NCBI GenBank assembly: GCA_964016885.1
Contig: OZ024747.1
Span: 64,604,001-64,668,000, forward strand
Length of the DNA stretch: 64,000 nt
Source: Eledone cirrhosa
Taxonomy: Eukaryota
Direction: 5' to 3'
The notes under the pieces were generated by a model. That model saw nothing but the letters and a program-made list of their open reading frames with translations. It searched no databases and was not told where the DNA came from. A program made the translations under genes and the position numbers. Position 1 is the first letter of the stretch; every line of letters starts with the position of its first letter. Positions 54,414 to 64,000 of the stretch are shown one piece after another.

Positions 54414-54632
54414 TACAGAGTGGGCCAGAATTCATATACTCGATTGTTAGTTATATTTCTTAACATGCTTATCTTATTGGTATTGTATTGTTTTAATTTA
54501 TTTTATTTCTTAATATGCTTAATATGTTTCTTAATTTATATTTTTATTTCTTAACATGCCTCACATGTTTTTTATTGTTAATAGATCTATAAATAATCGT
54601 GTGAGTCATGAATTCTGGCCCAGCCTTTAGTA
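54414..54632. mobile_element. Tc1/mariner-type MITE candidate
   Basis: tgggccagaattcat (54421-54435) and atgaattctggccca (54608-54622) perfect 15-bp inverted repeat; left end TA-CAG. Confidence 0.6.
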
Positions 54633-55037
54633 TAATCCGCTCCAACTGTCATTGAAATAAATACTGGAAAATGTGATTCAAAACACTTTGTCTATAAAAC
54701 GTATCTTCGGGACTGGAATACCGTTGGCTCGTGACTTTTCCTTATCAAATCGAACTTAGAGTTAAACACGAAACCCTTCATTCTAAAGATAATATTAATT
54801 CATCATACCATTGTAATATAAATAATATGTAATCAATATTTGTTCCAGGAATATATATAAGTTAGTTTTCAAAGTAATTGTTATATATAATCATAGGTTT
54901 GTTAGATCAGAGCTGACCGGAGGCAAAACAATAATATCAACAATATACCGATATAACTTTGTGTATTTATCTAAAATACTCAAAATTCTTCAAATCAGGA
55001 TACTTGCTTTACTGTTAGGTTACCATTCCATTGTAAA

Positions 55038-55108
<71 letters not shown>

Positions 55109-55391
55109 TGAGCAAGGAAGATGGGAAAAATTTACTTTTAAATTTTTAATTCTTATTAATTCTTTTTAATTGTAATACTCAACATTTGATAAGATGAATT
55201 TTACTAATACATTGAAATCAGTAATACTTTAAACACTTTATATACATTATAAAACTATTTTTTAGAAATAATTGTCACTCTCATTTTTTCAATAATGTCT
55301 TTTTGACGAATCAAAGAAAGGAAAAAAAAAAGAACAGACCCTAAAATATATTTGCAGTGCTATTTCCAACTTACCCTTCTCTATCTATCTA

Positions 55392-55449
<58 letters not shown>

Positions 55450-56172
55450 TGTATGTGCGCGTGTGTGTGTGTGTGTGACATATTTTTCCAACTATACGAG
55501 TATAGTAGAGTTAACTATAAAACTAATTGTTATATATGGCTATTTAACACACCTCAGAAAAGCATCATGCTGAACTGGTGAGAGAAATTATGTTGTTGAT
55601 ATCAATGATATTAAATAAGATCATTGATGTTTAATTTTAAATAAGTATGTGTAAATTATATGTTTACAAATGTTATATCAAATATTCAGCGTATACAGTC
55701 ATTTAAGGAAAGTCGTCATCAACGTCATTCTAATTGACGTCATACACTGACGGAATTATCTGCCAGCTTTCTGCATTAATAAGTTTCATATTTCATTGAC
55801 ATATGTCGTATTAACGCTTGATCACCCCTGCATAATAACGTGCCAATACATCATATAGTAGCAATTATCCAGGATAAATGGTTTTCGGTGCTTGAGAAGC
55901 TGCCGACCTCGCACTGGTAATTTATTTGTCCATATATTACCGGGAAATATATATAGAAAGAAAATCAAGTATCCTTATTCGAAATTTGTTTATATATAAA
56001 TGCAGATATATATATATGTTTTATATATATATATATATATAGATACATGGATATGTACATACATAAATACATATATATACATAAATATACATATATGTAC
56101 ACTTATATATATATATATATGTGTGGGGGTGGGTGTGGGTGTCTATATATCTAATTATATATAACTTTAGAT

Positions 56173-56205
<33 letters not shown>

Positions 56206-56311
56206 GTATATATAATATATATATAATATATATATAATAAATATATATATATATATTTATTTATCTATATGTATATATTGTTGTACTTGTGGAGGGTCAT
56301 ATTCTTGTAAT

Positions 56312-56489
56312 AATTGTTTCTACTTTAGACACAAGGCCAGCAATTACCCAGTACATTACTGGTACTTTATTTTATCGACCCCGTAAGGCTGAAAGGCAAA
56401 GTTAACCTCGGCGGGATTTGAACTCAGTCTGTAAAGGGACGTAACTATGCTAGAAAACATGGCGTCCAACGCTCTACCGATACTGCCAA
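56312..56489 (-). mobile_element. tRNA-derived SINE (short tail), adjacent to a family A end fragment at 56275-56305
   Basis: Reverse complement of SINE. Confidence 0.9.
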
Positions 56490-56543
56490 ATAATAACAGA
56501 ATATATATATATTTATATATATATATTTATATATATATATATT

Positions 56544-57522
<979 letters not shown>

Positions 57523-57605
57523 TATATATAGTGAAAACTGGAACGGGAACAGAAATAGAGGGGCAGTACAAACAAAGGTTTATTAGTTTCACGCTCTTGA
57601 CAGTG

Positions 57606-57646
<41 letters not shown>

Positions 57647-57800
57647 GTCATGTACGTCAATACTCATCTTTTTCCATTTCTCCGAGGGTTCTTAACCCCA
57701 CTATCAGGCTAAATAATTTCTTTAATTTCTTTAGTCAAAATACGGCGATAACTGACATTTCTAATAATTTCAAACCCACTCGCTGTTTCGAAAATATTCT

Positions 57801-57858
<58 letters not shown>

Positions 57859-57892
57859 CATATATATACATATATATATATATATATGTATA

Positions 57893-57962
<70 letters not shown>

Positions 57963-58960
57963 TATACATATATATGTATATATATATATATATGTGTATA
58001 TATGTGCGTATATATAGAATATATGACTAAATCTGGAAGGTAGCGATGAGAACAGGAATCAATGTTATTACGAGTGTATCGCAATAAAATAGGATAGAAT
58101 TTGATTTATTACATGGCTATATCAAGACCTATTTCTAAAGAAGCCATTGAGTTGATACCAGTATATGTCAATATACTATAAATAACAAGGGATCGTTGAA
58201 TATTAATATATATGTCATATGCAACATTAAAACATTAAAGTTCAATATCAATATATATATATGTCAGTTATGATATTGACAAGGGAATGTATGACTTCGA
58301 CTATGACAGGTATTGCAATAAAATATAGAAATGCAACAAGTAGCAAATAAAAATTAATGTCAAATTTGACACTGCTGGGAATTCAAAGGGAAGTGTAGAG
58401 AGACGAAACTAAACGCTGTTTCTGCTGCTCTCCCTTGACTGTCACTGAATATAAAACTAATTGTGTATTCCCAAAGATACCCTGATGTTTGTAGTGGTGG
58501 AGATGTTGAGGAGGTTTTTAACATATGTTAATCAAATGAAAAATGCCCTACTGAATATTATTTTTAATGATCCCAGAAAGATATAAGAAACATTTGCGTG
58601 TAAATAGAGCTCATGAGAAAACGGAAGAAAATCATTTTATATATGATAATGAGTATACCGATTGCCTTTAAATTTATTTTTGTGGAATTATAGTAAAATA
58701 TATCGACACACGCATGTTATTGTTAATTACTTAGAAGTATGACAGATCTGGAACTGATGTGATTTAAACCCATAACTCAAACGAACGTAACTAAATGTTG
58801 TGAATTTTTTTCTATCGCTCCAACTATTGTGTGAAGACTGGTTCAATACCTGATCACATGACTACTACAATATTTGAGAAATACTATAATCAATTCGCCA
58901 GAGGGCGCTATTATGTTAAACATTACCTGGGCCAATACTGGCCGAAACCTATCAAAGTTA

Positions 58961-59143
58961 TAATTGTTTCTACTTTTGGCACACGGCCAGCAATTACCCA
59001 GTGCATTATTGGTACTTTATTTTATCGACCCCGTAAGGATGAAAGGCAAAGTTAACCTCGGCGAGATTTGAACTTAGAATATAGAGGGCCACAACTATGC
59101 GTCAAAGCACGGCGTCCGACCCTTTACCGATACTGCCAATCCA
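58961..59143 (-). mobile_element. tRNA-derived SINE (short tail)
   Basis: Reverse complement of SINE. Confidence 0.9.
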
Positions 59144-60547
59144 CTTATTAAAGTTATAATGACATCCGCCTCAGTAGTAAATAAATAGATATTCAGTACT
59201 CAATCTGGGCGGAGTTTATCTGTGTTTGTCTATATCAAAAATATTTATGACTTTAATATCTGCAAAATGGGATTAAATTGGTCAATTGATCTGTTAGAGA
59301 TAGCAGCCAAATTTCGCAAGTTCACAACCCATAACTTAATAAAGGAAAGAACACGCTGGAATTTATAGTTGTAGATACACTATGTCTGAAAGTAAGAAAC
59401 AGGTTAGTCACGAGTGGAAAGTATTCGATTATATCTCAGAATTAGGGTTAAGGAAAAGCAATAACGTAGCTAGAAAATTAAATGCATCTAATGTAACGAT
59501 TCCATCGGATATTAAACATTGCATATCTCTTTGGCTCATTTCGCCAACCAATCTCGTAAATATTCCTGAACGAGTACATTTCTGCGAATTCAATTCTAGC
59601 GTGAACAACATTAAACTAATCCATATCACTAGCAATTTATCAAAACTATAGTCTTGAGCACTCGCTAACATTGACATATACATAGTTTTATTTTATTTAA
59701 CGATTTTCTGCCTGCCTATCTGAATTCATATCAATCCCATCGTTACTACTTCACACATTTTACAGATATCTTTAAACTTGGCAAAATGTTTAGATTTGCA
59801 GAGAAAGGGAAGTTGTCGATTGAATAGATCCTGTATTTAGAAATGGATGGAAACAATTTGACTTTTTGAGTAATAAACAATAAAGGGATTATACAATAAA
59901 CTCTCAGTACAATTAAGTGTCAAGCTTCCCCACCACCATATCCATTTATTTAGAAAATATTACCGAGTTTATAAATAATTGTTTCCTTTCAATCCGGATT
60001 ATATATTTAAAGAAATTCCTCTTCAAGATCATTGAAAGTTAATGGAGAAATGGTGATGTATTGTGGATTCTAAAACGATCACTACATCCACATCTATCAA
60101 ATATTTTCATTTGTATAATAGATAAATATTCTCAAAATATCCGTTTATATTTGACTGACTCTTAAAAACATTCTGAATGTATTAAAAATCCTTAATAAGA
60201 AATAGTATAGTAATAACTACCATCGAATTTGCCTTTGTCGCAAGCTGTTCTATATATTTGATTAACTCTTAAATATTTTCTGTGTTTATTGCAAATCCTT
60301 CCTATAAATACGTATTTCAATAAATAAGACCGACGTTCAGGAACAATTGTTTGTGGTAAGCTGTTGCTAGACATATTTTCATTTTCTGGGCAGCATTATT
60401 TGAAGTGATTCAGCACCGTGGACGTTTAAATGTCCAAACATGACACATGTATACATCGATATAGCTTAATAACTAGTCATTTAAAGCAATATGTTAAAAG
60501 GAAATATTCGACATCCCATCAATTGACGGAAAGCTTTATATATATAT

Positions 60548-60593
<46 letters not shown>

Positions 60594-60594
60594 G

Positions 60595-60738
60595 TAGCAA
60601 CACAACAGTTAGTTCACACTACCGACAACAATTGTTCTCGGTATGGTGAACTAACTGTTGTGTTACTATTGCTACCAAACTCGTCCCATGGGCTGAGTAC
60701 TCTACCACTACGGATATTACCTTCCAGTGTTCTCTCTA
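60595..60738. mobile_element. Family G short fold-back; related to 11917-11990
   Basis: tagcaacacaacagttagttcac..taccga / tcggta.ggtgaactaactgttgtgttacta around aacaattgtt; right arm extends about 70 nt. Confidence 0.75.
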
Positions 60739-60749
60739 AATATATATAT

Positions 60750-60896
<147 letters not shown>

Positions 60897-60914
60897 GAGA
60901 GAGAGAGAGAGATA

Positions 60915-62100
60915 TCTTTCTTTATTTGGCACAGGGGCGTACAAAAATGGGACGACAATACAAGACATGACGCCGGGGGTTTTACATAAAAATAACTTTA
61001 ACATTAATAAATATCAATAAACTATATATAATAAAATAACAATTGAAATCCCCAATAGGGGGAACGTTACTGCAGGGTTGTTTTACACCCCGTGGATAGA
61101 ACAACCCTCAAGCACCAGGAACACGTTTTGTAGGTGTTCCTGTCTTCCCTCTGTTTATCTTCCTCAACCTACAGGTTTGTATACAGGGAAGGCCCATTCA
61201 CTCGGGCCATTTTCGCCACATTCACCCACCTTTCAGCGAATTTACTGGAGTGTAGCACCTCTCTCTCCACTCTGACCTTCCTTCTGAAGTGATACTTAAA
61301 GAAGGGATGAGTTGTTGTCCGGAGAGAACGGTGTTTGCCCTCAGTCCTTTTAACTTCGTCCACCATATTACCTCTTTCGCCATAGCCACCAGACAGAGGA
61401 AAACAGCTTCACCTTCGTTCTTAAATGAAGGCGGCGGGGTGATCCTCACGATGGACTCGGCTGACAACTGGATGCGTCCCACATGTGACAGTACCTTTTC
61501 GACATAATTCCACAGGTCGGTCACCCCTGGGCACTGAACAATTGCGAGCAGAACAGTTTCGATGTCCTGCTCGCATCTTGGACAGATCCTTTGGGCAGGA
61601 TCTCTGCCAGGGTTTCCGTTCCTATAGATTTTGTCTCGAACTGGTAGAGGTGCCAAGCCAGAGACCTCTGGAAGTTATCCATAGGCCCCTGGACGGAAAG
61701 TCTTCTCGAACAGACTGGTCAGTTCGTCCTCCTCGATGCCTAGAATTTCCCCGAGAACGTCGTCGCACCTATCCTCAACTAATCCCCTATAGAATGTCGA
61801 AGTGGAGTCTCCGCTGATTACCGTTTCCGCTTGGTAGAGGGCTGTGAGAGCCTGTAGGCACTTGAGGTGCCAGGCACCATTTTCGGTCTTCGCTTGACCC
61901 AGGACTAAAGCTCTGTTAGTGAGACGAGTTGTGGAAGAGCTTGTCTCACAAACGATAGCCACACTGGTTCACCGGTCAGGAATACCTGGAGATGGCATAG
62001 ACTCAGCGCGTGCTTGCGCATCATCAGCGACGGCATGCCCAGCCCACCGTTAGAAGGGTGTTGACAAGCAGATGGATCTCCTCACCAATGGAGCATGTTT
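60915..62100 (-). pseudogene. L1/Tx1-type LINE ORF2 3' end, frameshifted
   Basis: LPVRDKIYR...ICPRCEQDIETVLLAIVQCP...LWNYV zf-RVT-like motif and downstream IWW; 3' end abuts (GA)n/(TC)n. Confidence 0.8.
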
Positions 62101-62105
62101 CTTCT

Positions 62106-62107
<2 letters not shown>

Positions 62108-62194
<87 letters not shown>
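62108..62194. repeat. (GATA)n
   Basis: Directly visible. Confidence 0.98.
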
Positions 62195-62195
<1 letters not shown>

Positions 62196-62475
62196 GTAAA
62201 AAGTGTGTGTGTAAATGTCACGTCGTTAAAAAAGTGGTTGTGGAGATTGAAAACTGAATTGAATTCATGCTTCGCCATCATTTTTTGACACAGGAAAATA
62301 CTCTAATAATAACGAAGTCCATCCACGCTAATCCCCTTTCTTTTATTCTAATGATTATACGCTCTGGGATTACTAGACTATTTTCTGTAGTAAAAAAAAA
62401 TACGTTGTATGTATATATATATATATATGTATATACATGCATATATACGTACATACAATCATATATATATATATA

Positions 62476-63082
62476 TGTCAGGTCACCAGTTGGTGCTACT
62501 GGTAACATGTATGCCAGTACAACCTGTCTCATGGTCGGGTCGTTGGCGACTAAACTGGCAACCCCACCAACGTTTCTTGGTGAGGGGGGTGACTTTGGAC
62601 ATCCTGCAGATTAAAAACAAAACCTGTCAAAGGGCAAAGGAGCTCTTAAGAGTCAATGGCCATCCAAAATCACCGGGAGAGATGACCGCTTAGCCTTTGT
62701 CAAGGCAGAATTCTAGGAGAAGTAAACTCTGATATAACACCTGCAACCCTGATGGTATCCAATGATGTTGTCTTGTTCTTCTTTTTGGTAAATATCATCT
62801 TGGTTAAGTGGGACTGGCTTTGTGCAGTGCCTTTGCTCACTATAAAAGCATCACGGCACAGGCATTGCTTTATATCTGGAGATCTCTCTGCACTTGTCGT
62901 CACATGGTACCATGGGCCCAGCACTATATGTCAATAATTGTCACAAGTGTAGTGTTTGTACCAGGAGTTTTCAAGTCGCTGGCTGGACTAAAAAGTCACA
63001 CTCGTTCAGCGCATCAGTAGGGGGTTCTCCTACATGGATATAAAGTAGTGGCCCGTACTCGAAAACGAGTTGGCAGCCACCA
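62476..63082. mobile_element. 607-bp solo-LTR-like element (TG...CA), second copy, in (TA)n
   Basis: Matches 25052-25658 end to end. Confidence 0.7.
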
Positions 63083-63484
<402 letters not shown>

Positions 63485-64000
63485 AAGTGTAAGGAATTCT
63501 TTTACAATGGAATTAGCTCGAAAGGAAATATTCCTGAGCCGTGTATAAAAGTAATATATATGAGTAATATATATGTTGAAACAGATACCAACATATCTGT
63601 ATTTATATTGCAAAAGAAAGTTAGCCAGACTGAAGAATATTAATTACTATACCACAGTTCGTCCACATCGATTTAAAATAATAATAATAATAAATCGACA
63701 AAAACTAGTTGTGATGCCAAATGGCAATGATGTTTATACATATTTAAATTTCAAAGTCCAAACCTGTTCAGTAGATAAGTTTAAACCTCAAAATCCAAAC
63801 ATGTTTCGAGATGGATATAAGTGTAGGAATATCATGCCACTGCTCTCCTCAGTAAACATCCAGAGACAATTGATAAGCTTCACTTCTAAATAATTTAAAA
63901 GACTGTGTGACGCACATGGGTTCACAGATTCAGGCTAGTCTCATAACCGTACTGCTAGAAATAACAGTCGTATATATGAGGCGAATTTTAGCTCGACGAA

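Noticed and set aside
57668-57712. Hammerhead candidate (minus: CTGATAG...GAAA)
   Set aside because: Core deviates, and there is no NUH or stem I

Overview
AT-rich animal genomic DNA, about one third simple repeats, with a 200-N gap at 8670-8869. The SINE repertoire and (TA)n load suggest an octopod cephalopod (inference). Almost all ORF-track entries are microsatellite translations. Real coding remnants are two different Penelope-like element (PLE) GIY-YIG endonuclease C-termini, each in a fold-back insertion (5790-8669, 30053-32278), plus decayed RTE and L1/Tx1 LINE 3' ends. There are about 12 copies of one tRNA-derived SINE, two 607-bp TG...CA solo-LTR-like copies and one candidate host first exon with promoter (27949-28125, minus). 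The main unexplained signal is a dense set of small non-coding elements, inserted in (TA)n/(GA)n tracts, that carry hand-foldable type I hammerhead ribozymes. At least six unrelated contexts have a canonical or near-canonical core, and several more are variant or decayed. They occur as asymmetric fold-back palindromes, as units with terminal direct repeats (2363-3483; 56544-57426, 711-nt period) and as a tandem pair with hammerheads 310 nt apart (34191-34769). Together they look like a continuum from PLE pseudo-LTRs to retrozyme-like, possibly circular, RNA elements. All structures were folded by eye and no database or folding program was run.
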